From the NCBI GenBank assembly GCA_965199055.1, contig CBDAQR010000003.1:329958-393957 (forward strand): a stretch of 64,000 nt of DNA, written 5' to 3'. A model generated the notes under the pieces. It did no database searches and was not told the origin of the DNA. It worked only from the letters and a program-made list of their open reading frames with translations. The DNA comes from Halieaceae bacterium (lineage in GTDB: Bacteria > Pseudomonadota > Gammaproteobacteria > Pseudomonadales > Halieaceae). Of this stretch, positions 43,694-52,528 are shown piece after piece; the stretch's first letter is position 1; each line of letters begins with the position of its first letter. A program made the translations under genes and the position numbers.

Positions 43694-45146
43694 CTTCTCT
43701 CTCCGTTAACGCTGCCCAGGGCTCGCGATCTTCGTCACCGCCGAAGAAGTCGGGATCCAGGAATACTTTGTATAATGGGATATGAACGCTCGGACCCCGC
43801 GGCATCTCATCCAGGCATCGCTGCATGTCATCCACTCTCTGCGGCTGAGCATTGGCGAGATCATTGCTTTCCAGCGGGTCGTCCCCGAGGTGATATAGCT
43901 CCTGTCCGTCGCTATCGCTGATCAGCTTCCAGGGCCACTGGTATAAGGCCTGATCGTCAAACTGACCGCGTATCAAGAAGTCGGTCGGCGCCGGGGCCAC
44001 CCGCCCAGACAGCACCCCCAACTGGTCGCGACCGTCAAGATCGTCGGGCACCTCGGCACCCACCAGCGAAAGAATTGTCGGCAAGACATCCTGCACTGTG
44101 ATAAACGCATCTGTGGTGCCGGCCTCAAGCTGCTTGGGAAAGTACACTAGCGACGGGACGCGCGCGCCCCCTTCGTAAACCGACGCTTTACCGTGCCGCA
44201 GAGGTGTATTGTCTGCACCACCCTCCAGAGCATTGGTACGCACAAACTCCAGCATCTGAATCGGCAAGGGCGCTCCGAACCACTCCTGAAGCGTTTCCGA
44301 CAAGCTGACGAATCGCGTGTCTTTCATGGAGTGGCGGTTAAGCCCCCCGTTATCGCTCATGAACCAGATCATCGTGTTATCAAGCTCCCCCGCACGCTCC
44401 AGCGCATCGATAATCTGCTGAACCGCCGCGTCAAACTCAGTAACCATAGCCGCGTGGGTGCGGCGAAAGGGATCGCTAATCGCCGCGTAGGAATCGATGG
44501 TCTCCTGCGGTGCTTCGTTCGGTAGGTGTGGGGCGTTAAAACTGGCGTATAGAAAAAACGGCGCTGTCGAGTCTCGAGCCTCTATCAACCGCACCGCCTC
44601 AGCGGCCAGCAAATGTGTGCTGTAGCCCTCTTCCTTCAGGCTCTCACCATTGCGCTGCCAGTCGAGACCACCGCCGTGGACGTGATCCCAATAGCCAATG
44701 CCACCGGTGACATGGCCATAAAATGTGTCGAAGCCGCGCGCATTCGGGTGATACGCCCATTTCGCATAGCCCAGATGCCATTTACCGACAAGCCAGGTCT
44801 GATAGCCCACTGCTTTCAATCTGTCTGCCATGGTTTTCTCGGAAACGGGAAGACCCTGAGTCGCGTACTTGGCAAACTGGCGGTAAACGCCCAATCGCTG
44901 CGGCGACTTTCCCGTCATCAGCGCCGCCCGCGTCGGTGAGCAAGTAGGCTGAGAATGGTACTGGTTCAGCACCACGCCCTGAGACGCCAGTGCGTCCAGG
45001 GTCGGCGTTCGTATTTCACTGCCGTGGTAACCCACATCATTCCAACCGAGATCATCAGCCAGAACAATGACCACATTGGGCGCACTCGATTCGGCCAGCA
45101 CAGCCCGCGCGAGCACACCCAAGAGCACAAAGCAGAGAGACCGCAT
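43686..45146 (-). CDS. arylsulfatase (formylglycine-dependent sulfatase family)
   Basis: It has a signal peptide, the N-terminal block NVVIVLADDLGWNDVGYHG and the sulfatase signature CSPTRAALMTGK (C-x-P-x-R). Confidence 0.92.
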   Translation of the reverse strand: MRSLCFVLLGVLARAVLAESSAPNVVIVLADDLGWNDVGYHGSEIRTPTLDALASQGVVLNQYHSQPTCSPTRAALMTGKSPQRLGVYRQFAKYATQGLPVSEKTMADRLKAVGYQTWLVGKWHLGYAKWAYHPNARGFDTFYGHVTGGIGYWDHVHGGGLDWQRNGESLKEEGYSTHLLAAEAVRLIEARDSTAPFFLYASFNAPHLPNEAPQETIDSYAAISDPFRRTHAAMVTEFDAAVQQIIDALERAGELDNTMIWFMSDNGGLNRHSMKDTRFVSLSETLQEWFGAPLPIQMLEFVRTNALEGGADNTPLRHGKASVYEGGARVPSLVYFPKQLEAGTTDAFITVQDVLPTILSLVGAEVPDDLDGRDQLGVLSGRVAPAPTDFLIRGQFDDQALYQWPWKLISDSDGQELYHLGDDPLESNDLANAQPQRVDDMQRCLDEMPRGPSVHIPLYKVFLDPDFFGGDEDREPWAALTEREDD

Positions 45147-45147
45147 C

Positions 45148-45927
45148 TCAGATTAATCCCGCGTAGGAACCACCGTCCATTTGCAGGTTTTGACCCGAGA
45201 TGAACCCCGCCTGCGCACTACAAAGATACGCGCAGGCATCGCCGAATTCTTCAGGTTGGCCGAAACGCTTGGCGTTGATGGTGTCGGCAATCGCCGCGCG
45301 TGCCTCTTCCATGGTAATACCCTGCATATCCACCATAAGCTGCGCCATGAACTTCTGCCGATCGGTATCAAAGCGCTCGGGCAAGAGATTGTTGATCGTG
45401 ACGTTATGCGCCACCACCTCATTGGACAGCCCTTTGCACATTGCTGTGAGCCCGGTTCGAGCCGCAGTAGAGAGCCCCATATGCGGATTCGGTGACTTCA
45501 CCATCGCTGAGGTAATGTTGACGATGCGGCCAAATCGACGCTCTTTCATCCCTTCGATGACACCCTGAATCATAAATACCGGCGCCAGCAGATTGGCATC
45601 GAGTGCGCCGTACCAATCGTCCTGGCTCCAATTAGCAAACAGGCCGGGCGGCGGGCCACCGTTGTTGTTTACAAGAATGTCAGGCGCTTCGCAGGCAGAT
45701 AGCAGTGATGTCCGGCCGCCCTCCGTATTGATGTCGGCCACTACCGCACTTACGCGGCCACCACCGAGCGCGCCGAGCTCCTGCGTGGTCGCTTCCAGGG
45801 TCTCTGCGTTAAGGCCGTTAATCACCACATCACAGCCTTCGCGAACCAGTGCAGCGGCACAGGCTTTACCCAATCCGCGAGATGAGGCGCAAACAATAGC
45901 CTTCTTACCTTTAATTCCCAGATCCAT
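45148..45927 (-). CDS. SDR-family oxidoreductase
   Basis: It has a cofactor-binding region (GKKAIVCASSRGLG, a variant of TGxxxGxG) and the NNNGG motif. It is 259 aa. Confidence 0.88.
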   Translation of the reverse strand: MDLGIKGKKAIVCASSRGLGKACAAALVREGCDVVINGLNAETLEATTQELGALGGGRVSAVVADINTEGGRTSLLSACEAPDILVNNNGGPPPGLFANWSQDDWYGALDANLLAPVFMIQGVIEGMKERRFGRIVNITSAMVKSPNPHMGLSTAARTGLTAMCKGLSNEVVAHNVTINNLLPERFDTDRQKFMAQLMVDMQGITMEEARAAIADTINAKRFGQPEEFGDACAYLCSAQAGFISGQNLQMDGGSYAGLI

Positions 45928-47564
45928 TACGCCGCCTCCTCCAGTGATTTACCTGCTAACAGTTCGCTCAGTGTTCGTGCCACTACCAGCGTCGCCTGCG
46001 GTGGCGCGGCCTCCCAACGAGCCGCGATATGACCGTCTGGGCGAACCAGCAATGCACCGTCCTCCTGCAAACCCGCTCTCGTATGAAATTGCTGCGAGGG
46101 CTTAAAGTGCAGGCCTTCACTCACCACGGTCAGCTCAGAATCTGCCCACGCAGCAGCCTGGGGGCCGGTAATCAGCGTGAACTCGCTGTTCGACAGTTGA
46201 CCGAGCAACCATCGATGATCCTCCAGCGCAACCAGGGGAAGGAAGTTGCCGGTTTCGAAGCTGGGTTGATAGTTGCTGATATCGATCGCATCGGGGTCGA
46301 CGGTCACGCCATAGCGATAACCCAGCTGCAAGTTAAAGCTGTCGAAGTGTGGGCGCTGCATCTCTACCGCCGCCTGTATCTCGTCTGACTGATGGTCAGA
46401 GCAGGCCTGCGCGTAGTGAGTTGCCATGTTCTGGGGATCGGGACCGTATAAGGCCTCAAACATGGCAAACATCTTGGACGAGTTCAGCAGGCTCTGGTGG
46501 GTATTGATTTGAGCTATGGGGCGGCGCTCCGCGTCATAGGTCTCAAGCAATTCAGGAAGCGCCTTACCATTCAGCACCTGAGCCAGTTTCCAACTGATAT
46601 TCTCGGCGTCCGCGACACCCGTGTTCACCCCCAAGCCACCCGTGGGCGGAAAACGATGCGCCGCGTCGCCCGCAAGGAACACGCGGCCCTGCTGATAGCG
46701 GTCAGCCACCTGCGCAGACATCGTCCAGGGACTGACATTTCTTACTCTAAAATCAGGGAGCGAAACCCCAGCCGCAGCCTCCACCAGTTGCTGGCAGATG
46801 GCATCATCGAAATCCGCACGCGTTTGCGTATTCGGATCATAGGCTTGCATGAATACCCAGGTGCGATCGCGCTCGTATCCAATAAACGCGCCAGACGACT
46901 CGGGATTCAAACAGAAATAGAGCATGCCGGGGTGCTCGACGGTGATGTCTCGAAGATCGGCTTCAAAATGAATCATCATGTAGTGGGCCAGCCCTTCGGG
47001 ACCGCTCATTCCTATACCCAACGCATCGCGCGTCGATGAATTCGCCCCATCGGCTGCAATCACGTAATCAGCGCGCAGCTGAAAATCTTCCGAGAGGCCT
47101 TTGGCCTGCAGTGTCGCAGTGACGCCCGTGCCATCGTCCTCAATGGTCACGGCATCGACCCCACGCAATAGAGAGGCGTCGGAGCAGCGCGACAACCGGG
47201 CACTGAGAAAGCCTTCGAAAATCGGCTGGGGGATATTCACGAGGGGCCATGGGGTATATTCCAGAACGCCCTCATCCTGACGCTCATAGGGCAGACTGCC
47301 GAAGCAGGTACCGCTGAGCGTATCCACAAAATGTACCGCCCCTCCCTCGGCCGCAGAGGCGCCAGCAGCTCGGATATCATCCGCCGACACGCCGAGCCGC
47401 TGACAGATCTCCAAAGTGCGTGCGTTCACGGCATGGGCCTTAGGCGCATCCAGGCGATCCAGACGTCTATCGACCAGCACACAGTGAATACCTGCCTGCG
47501 CAAGACTAAGTGCACTGACCAGCCCTACAGGACCGGCTCCAACAATGAGTACTTGTGTTTTCAT
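45927..47564 (-). CDS. FAD-dependent aromatic-ring monooxygenase (PheA/TfdB/PcpB-type)
   Basis: It has the dinucleotide fold VLIVGAGPVGL, the DG motif ADGANS and the later GRVFLAGDAAH. It is 545 aa. Confidence 0.88.
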   Translation of the reverse strand: MKTQVLIVGAGPVGLVSALSLAQAGIHCVLVDRRLDRLDAPKAHAVNARTLEICQRLGVSADDIRAAGASAAEGGAVHFVDTLSGTCFGSLPYERQDEGVLEYTPWPLVNIPQPIFEGFLSARLSRCSDASLLRGVDAVTIEDDGTGVTATLQAKGLSEDFQLRADYVIAADGANSSTRDALGIGMSGPEGLAHYMMIHFEADLRDITVEHPGMLYFCLNPESSGAFIGYERDRTWVFMQAYDPNTQTRADFDDAICQQLVEAAAGVSLPDFRVRNVSPWTMSAQVADRYQQGRVFLAGDAAHRFPPTGGLGVNTGVADAENISWKLAQVLNGKALPELLETYDAERRPIAQINTHQSLLNSSKMFAMFEALYGPDPQNMATHYAQACSDHQSDEIQAAVEMQRPHFDSFNLQLGYRYGVTVDPDAIDISNYQPSFETGNFLPLVALEDHRWLLGQLSNSEFTLITGPQAAAWADSELTVVSEGLHFKPSQQFHTRAGLQEDGALLVRPDGHIAARWEAAPPQATLVVARTLSELLAGKSLEEAA

Positions 47565-47610
47565 ACTTTTATGAGATCAATTCCAAAAATGAGAGTAAAT
47601 ACAATTTTAA

Positions 47611-47622
47611 TTGACCTGTCAA
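47611..47622. promoter_or_regulatory. short inverted repeat TTGAC-CT-GTCAA in the divergent promoter of the TetR and monooxygenase genes
   Basis: It has 5-bp arms with AT-rich flanks and lies 25 nt upstream of the TetR ATG at 47647. It is weak evidence on its own. Confidence 0.25.
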
Positions 47623-47646
47623 ATTTTTCGACTTATTATTTCTCAC

Positions 47647-48288
47647 ATGAAAGACTACTTCCGTAACCAGGCCATTGGCGCCAACAAGCGCACCCGTACC
47701 CGTGGCTTGCTGATCGATAGCGCAATCAATGTGTTTTCAGAAAAGGGTATTGAGGAAGCCAGCATCAACGAAATCACGGCGATTGCGGGCCTCGCGAACG
47801 GCACTTTCTATAATCACTTCAAGGATAAGGATGAGCTGGCGCTCGCGTCCGCAGAGGCCATTACCCTTGAAATTGCCAAGCAGCTCGACGATCAGATGGC
47901 GGATCTGACCCGGGGTGTTTCGAAAGTGATCGTCGCCTCCTGGGCGTTCATGATCATCGGCCGCAAAGCCGGAGACTGGGCCAATGTGCTGGTATCTCAA
48001 TACCAGCGCCAGCCGTCCGTTCGAAGTTCTGCGTTCGAATACATGCGGGCCGATGTCGCCCTGACCCAGAAGCAGGAGAAACTGAGCGTTACGGTCGATG
48101 ATTTTCTGCTAGAGCAGATTGCCGCACTGATGATGGCGGCTATGCGCACCATGAGTCACGGCGGCAATGACAACAGTATCCCCCACCGCACCTGTGAACA
48201 CATTCTTAGACTATTGGGCATGACGCCCGACCAGGCAGCAAAAGAAGTCGAAACTGTCGCCAAACACCCGATACTCAAGCGCCTTTAG
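47647..48288 (+). CDS. TetR-family transcriptional regulator
   Basis: It has the HTH TRGLLIDSAINVFSEKGIEEASINEITAIAGLANGTFYNHFKDKDEL. I chose the ATG at 47647. Confidence 0.88.
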   Translation: MKDYFRNQAIGANKRTRTRGLLIDSAINVFSEKGIEEASINEITAIAGLANGTFYNHFKDKDELALASAEAITLEIAKQLDDQMADLTRGVSKVIVASWAFMIIGRKAGDWANVLVSQYQRQPSVRSSAFEYMRADVALTQKQEKLSVTVDDFLLEQIAALMMAAMRTMSHGGNDNSIPHRTCEHILRLLGMTPDQAAKEVETVAKHPILKRL

Positions 48289-48362
48289 GTGGCCAGATCA
48301 GGTTGATGGGGTAGAATCAGGTACTACCCACTATGTGGGCACCCACAGACTTTGGATAGACC

Positions 48363-49223
48363 ATGCCCACCGACCTGGAAAAACTGCTCGCGCTGTTAAA
48401 AGTAGAGCGCATCGACAAGTATCTGTTTCGCGGCCGCAGCCCAAAACACCCTCCGCGCATTTTTGGCGGTCAGGTACTCGCCCAATCATTGTATGCCGCC
48501 ATCCGCACAGTGGATGATTCGCTGCGCATGCCGCATAGCTTGCACGCTTACTTCCTCAGGCCTGGCAACCCCAGCAAGCAGATCATTTACGAAGTGGACC
48601 CGATCCGTGACGGCAAGAGCTTCACCACCCGCCGGGTGGTGGCTAAACAGGACGGTATTCCCATATTCAGCACATCGATCTCCTTCCACCTGACCGAAGA
48701 CAGTTTCGATCACCAGTTCGACATGCCCCAGGTGACACCGCCGGAAGAGCTGGAAGATGATTTTGATTATTGGACGCGCATTGCTAAAGAACAGGGCGAT
48801 GATCGCCTCAAGCCCTGGGCGCAATCGGTATATAGACGGCCCGTGCAGCGCCGCGATTTCCTGGATCCCCAGCCACAGGAACCGGTACAAGACTACTGGT
48901 TTAAAACGGTGGCACCGATAGGTGATGAACCCATTCTGCATCAGACAGTTCTGGCCTATATTTCTGACCACTCGCTGCTGGGCGCCGCACTCCTGCCCCA
49001 CCCTGCTACCGGGCGCAGCATGAATATGGCGCTGGCCAGCCTGGACCACGCTATCTGGTTCCATCGCCCATTCCGTGCAGACGAGTGGCTGCTCTACCAC
49101 CAGGACAGCCCAACCGCATTTGGTGCCCGAGGACTTAGCCGTGGCACCTTTTATGCTCAAGACGGAACCCTTGTGGCCTCCACCATCCAGGAATCATTGC
49201 AGAGGCAACTCAAGGCGAAATAA
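48363..49223 (+). CDS. tesB: acyl-CoA thioesterase II
   Basis: It is 286 aa with a double hot-dog fold. The motifs FRGRSP...IFGGQVLAQSL and SLHAYFLRPG are characteristic of TesB. Confidence 0.8.
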   Translation: MPTDLEKLLALLKVERIDKYLFRGRSPKHPPRIFGGQVLAQSLYAAIRTVDDSLRMPHSLHAYFLRPGNPSKQIIYEVDPIRDGKSFTTRRVVAKQDGIPIFSTSISFHLTEDSFDHQFDMPQVTPPEELEDDFDYWTRIAKEQGDDRLKPWAQSVYRRPVQRRDFLDPQPQEPVQDYWFKTVAPIGDEPILHQTVLAYISDHSLLGAALLPHPATGRSMNMALASLDHAIWFHRPFRADEWLLYHQDSPTAFGARGLSRGTFYAQDGTLVASTIQESLQRQLKAK

Positions 49224-50234
49224 ATGGATGCTACGCAGCCTGCCAAGCTGTATCGCACCTGGGCACTGTTCCTGGTGCCGCGCGCACGCTTCGGTGCCTG
49301 GATTGCCAGCCTGCTCATACTGAGCGTCCTACTGCCGATCTATCGGCAGGTCGCCGACCCGGAGTACATGAGCTTTTACTCCGCCCTGTTTCTGTCTGGC
49401 ATGGTGGCTTACATCATAGGCGTGTATGCCTACATCATTGATCGTTCCGAGCAGGCCTTCGACACACTCGCGCCGCTAAATACTATGAACGAGGAGCAGG
49501 CAGCACAGTTTCGCCTGGGGATCAGCCATTACAGCGCCTCGGTACACTGCTGGGTGACAGGTTCTGCCCTGGTCATGGGATTCACGCAAGTCATCCTGCT
49601 TGAAATCTCCCGCACGGGAACGGCATCAACAATACTGATCAGCCCTACGGCCATGTTGTCGGCCTCCGCCACCCTGTTGGTCTGGTTATCGATGACGACG
49701 GTAATCAGCTCGGTGATTCGCAACGCATTTATGTTCTACTTACTGGGGCGCGATCATCTGCGCATCGACTTGCTGCGCGCCCGCGAACTGGTGCCATTGG
49801 CCTGGGTGTCTGTCATTTCCACCCTCTCCCTGATTGGCGCCCAGGCCTTGTTTGGTCTGCTGGCCCTGGACGGGAGCGAGGACTGGCTGGTTCTGCTGCC
49901 CGGATTCCTGCTCACCGCTGCGCCAATGCTGCCGCTGTTTTTGCTGCCGATCTGGTCTGTGCACAAGCGCTTGCAGGCACTAAAGGCGCGAGAGCTCGAA
50001 AGTATCCGCTGCATGCTAGACGCGGGGGGCGATACCTTCCGCGAGCCGCTCGAGCACCCGGACCACCTCGCACAAGTGAACGAACTATTGGCATATCGAC
50101 GTGAAATTCAAGCGGTACCAGAGTGGCCCTTTGATCTCGGCGCGGTATCACGGTTGGCTTTGTACCTGATTATTCCACCGCTAACCTGGGTAGGCGCCGC
50201 ACTCATCGAAAACCTGGTGGACAGCGTTCTTTAG
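49224..50234 (+). CDS. polytopic membrane protein of unknown function
   Basis: It is 336 aa with several TM helices and starts immediately after the tesB stop codon. I recognise no motif. Confidence 0.7.
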   Translation: MDATQPAKLYRTWALFLVPRARFGAWIASLLILSVLLPIYRQVADPEYMSFYSALFLSGMVAYIIGVYAYIIDRSEQAFDTLAPLNTMNEEQAAQFRLGISHYSASVHCWVTGSALVMGFTQVILLEISRTGTASTILISPTAMLSASATLLVWLSMTTVISSVIRNAFMFYLLGRDHLRIDLLRARELVPLAWVSVISTLSLIGAQALFGLLALDGSEDWLVLLPGFLLTAAPMLPLFLLPIWSVHKRLQALKARELESIRCMLDAGGDTFREPLEHPDHLAQVNELLAYRREIQAVPEWPFDLGAVSRLALYLIIPPLTWVGAALIENLVDSVL

Positions 50235-50240
50235 TCACGC

Positions 50241-50269
50241 AAACAAAAACGGCTCCCGCAGGAGCCGTT
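50241..50269. terminator. hairpin terminator between convergent genes (T-tract on the minus strand)
   Basis: AACGGCTCC-cgca-GGAGCCGTT forms a 9-bp stem. It is preceded on the plus strand by AAACAAA, which reads TTTGTTT downstream on the minus strand. Confidence 0.7.
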
Positions 50270-50291
50270 GAGAAAATCACAAGCTAATCGA

Positions 50292-52385
50292 TCAGTTGTT
50301 CGCAGCGACCTGACGCTGGCGATAACGGGCTAACATGGCCTGTGAGTACTCGTTGATATCGAGTATGCCGTCGCCGTCCTGGTCCATCTGGTCGTAGCTC
50401 TCTGCGATCTGCTGGCCATAGCGTCCACGCAGCTCAGAACGCGCCAGTTTGCCATCGAGGTTGTCGTCCAGCATGCCGAAGCCGCGACCGGCACGCAGCA
50501 TCTGCTCGTACTCAGGCTTTGGATCAGAACTGGTCTCATCCTTCCAGCGATAGCTCAGGTTGGTATACAGCATTTCTTCCCAGCTCTGGTCGCCCCAGGT
50601 AATCACCAGGCTCGGATCCGGGTTGGCCGGGTTACGGGCGCTGTTGTCGTACTCGTAGCGAGACACAATCTTCGAACCGGCCGGTATCTGCACTGGCTCA
50701 ACAAACTCATAGGAGCGCTGCCAGTTGAAGTCATACTTGGGCATCGACAGGAGCAACTCCTCCTTGCCGTCCGGGTAGATGATCGTCAGAGTCGAAGACT
50801 GACCGCGGTAATGCGCATGGGGGAAGGCGTAAAACAGCTCGGCGTCCCGCGGGAATTCGATGTAAGCCACTTCCTGATAGCCAGCGACTTCGGGCGGTAT
50901 CTCTATGCTGGGATCAGCAATGGCGATATTGCGCAGAATTTTTTCCGGCACCTCGTCGTAGAAGTACAGGCCTACCCGCGTAACGTCGGTCACTTCCTTG
51001 CCAAAGGGGGTGTAGTGCATCTGGAAACCGAAGCCACCACCTGGCGGTATATAGGTGCCGACGTTTTCACGCGCCTCATACGACTCAGACCCTACCGCAT
51101 AACCACCAATCGATGCGCCCCAAAGCGATTCATCGGCGGTACCGTCAGTGGGTGCATCTTTGAGAATACCTGAGAGCACATGGTGCACCGCCTGGCGTGA
51201 GCCGGGCTTCACCGTGCTGGCACGCAACCACTTACCTTCCGTCAGAGGATTGGCAATAGCAGGGCGAATCCAATCGACCACACCGCTTGCAGGCACGTCA
51301 TAGGCAGGAATCTCAACAATCAGGTCGGGTTCACCCAGCGGCCATTCCTCAATGGGAGGTCGCGGCACCGCCAGCGGATCCGGACCATCGCCGCGCGGAG
51401 AGCCTGCCTCGATCCAATGCACCAGAGTTTTGATTTCCTCGGCGCTCAGGCTCTTATCGTTGAGCCACTCGCCAACGTGAGGGTCGACATTCCAGGGCGG
51501 CATAGTATCTGTGCGAATCACTTCGCGAATCATGGGCGAGAAGCCCTTGATCATGTCGTAGCTATTCATGGCCCAGGGCGCGATACCGCCGTCGGAGTGA
51601 CACTCCGCACAATTGTCGAGCAGTATCGGGGCAATGGTGTCGTGGTAGGAAATCTTGGCGTGCTCAGCGCGACGATCGCGTTCGGGGAAGTTCACCAGGC
51701 AACCCGGTGCATCGGCGCTGGCCACTTGAACGGCTTCGCCAGCAAGCACGGCATCCAGCGCGTCAATCAGGTAGGTGTGATTGGGCTTCTCACGCTGCAC
51801 TTGATAGCTCAAACGATCATCAACCGGGCCGTGATAGACAACGGTTCGCGTCTTGGGATCGATCACATAGACTTCTGCGGTGCGCGTGACACCCAGGGAC
51901 TCACCCACGAGCTGGTACTGATCCACAAGCACCGGGATATCGAACCCGTATTCGGCCGACTCGGCAGCAATGGTCTCGCGATTGTCTTGCAGATTGGAAT
52001 TGAGCAGAAAGAACGGCACACCCCGGTCCGCATAGCTGTCACGCACTTCTCGGTAGAAGGGCATTGCATTGCGCACGATCGGGCAGCCGTTGCCCTGGGT
52101 CATGATGACAATCGCCGGCGCGTCGTCGTAATAGTAGAGCTGGTGCGCCTCGCCGCTATCATCCAGCAGCATAAAGTCATCGACGCGCGTACCGACAATC
52201 GCGTCTTCAGTCGTCGGCCAAGCCGCGGCATTGTCGGCATTAGCAGGAGCGGCAGCCGGCTCAGCGGCGATCGGCGCCTCAGCTTGCTCCTGACTGCAGC
52301 CTGACGCGGCAAACAACCCTGCAACAAAGACAAATCCCAGTGCTGCGCGCAGGCCCTTATTCGAAGTAGCTTTCATGGTAAGCAT
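50292..52385 (-). CDS. multidomain lipoprotein: redoxin-like + CXXCH cytochrome c-like + copper type II (DBH/PHM-like) monooxygenase-like + two EF-hands
   Basis: It has a lipobox AASGC and a thioredoxin-fold region (IVIMTQGNGCPIV). It also has CAECH followed by PPW, His-rich blocks (VHHVLSG, MHYTPFG, FPHAHYRGQ, YDFNWQRSY), and C-terminal DDNLDGKLARSEL and DQDGDGILDINEY. I chose the ATG at 52385 (GAGGG 5 nt upstream). Confidence 0.75.
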   Translation of the reverse strand: MLTMKATSNKGLRAALGFVFVAGLFAASGCSQEQAEAPIAAEPAAAPANADNAAAWPTTEDAIVGTRVDDFMLLDDSGEAHQLYYYDDAPAIVIMTQGNGCPIVRNAMPFYREVRDSYADRGVPFFLLNSNLQDNRETIAAESAEYGFDIPVLVDQYQLVGESLGVTRTAEVYVIDPKTRTVVYHGPVDDRLSYQVQREKPNHTYLIDALDAVLAGEAVQVASADAPGCLVNFPERDRRAEHAKISYHDTIAPILLDNCAECHSDGGIAPWAMNSYDMIKGFSPMIREVIRTDTMPPWNVDPHVGEWLNDKSLSAEEIKTLVHWIEAGSPRGDGPDPLAVPRPPIEEWPLGEPDLIVEIPAYDVPASGVVDWIRPAIANPLTEGKWLRASTVKPGSRQAVHHVLSGILKDAPTDGTADESLWGASIGGYAVGSESYEARENVGTYIPPGGGFGFQMHYTPFGKEVTDVTRVGLYFYDEVPEKILRNIAIADPSIEIPPEVAGYQEVAYIEFPRDAELFYAFPHAHYRGQSSTLTIIYPDGKEELLLSMPKYDFNWQRSYEFVEPVQIPAGSKIVSRYEYDNSARNPANPDPSLVITWGDQSWEEMLYTNLSYRWKDETSSDPKPEYEQMLRAGRGFGMLDDNLDGKLARSELRGRYGQQIAESYDQMDQDGDGILDINEYSQAMLARYRQRQVAANN

Positions 52386-52528
52386 AGTATCCCTCGCCCA
52401 CCGCACTATTATGCGGCACGAACATACTGTAAAGTCGAAAAGAACAATAATGGTACAAAAAACAGTCAATTACCAGCACGGCGTGCAGTGTAAACATGAC
52501 AGATTGTTAACAATTGCAGACAGGGGAA

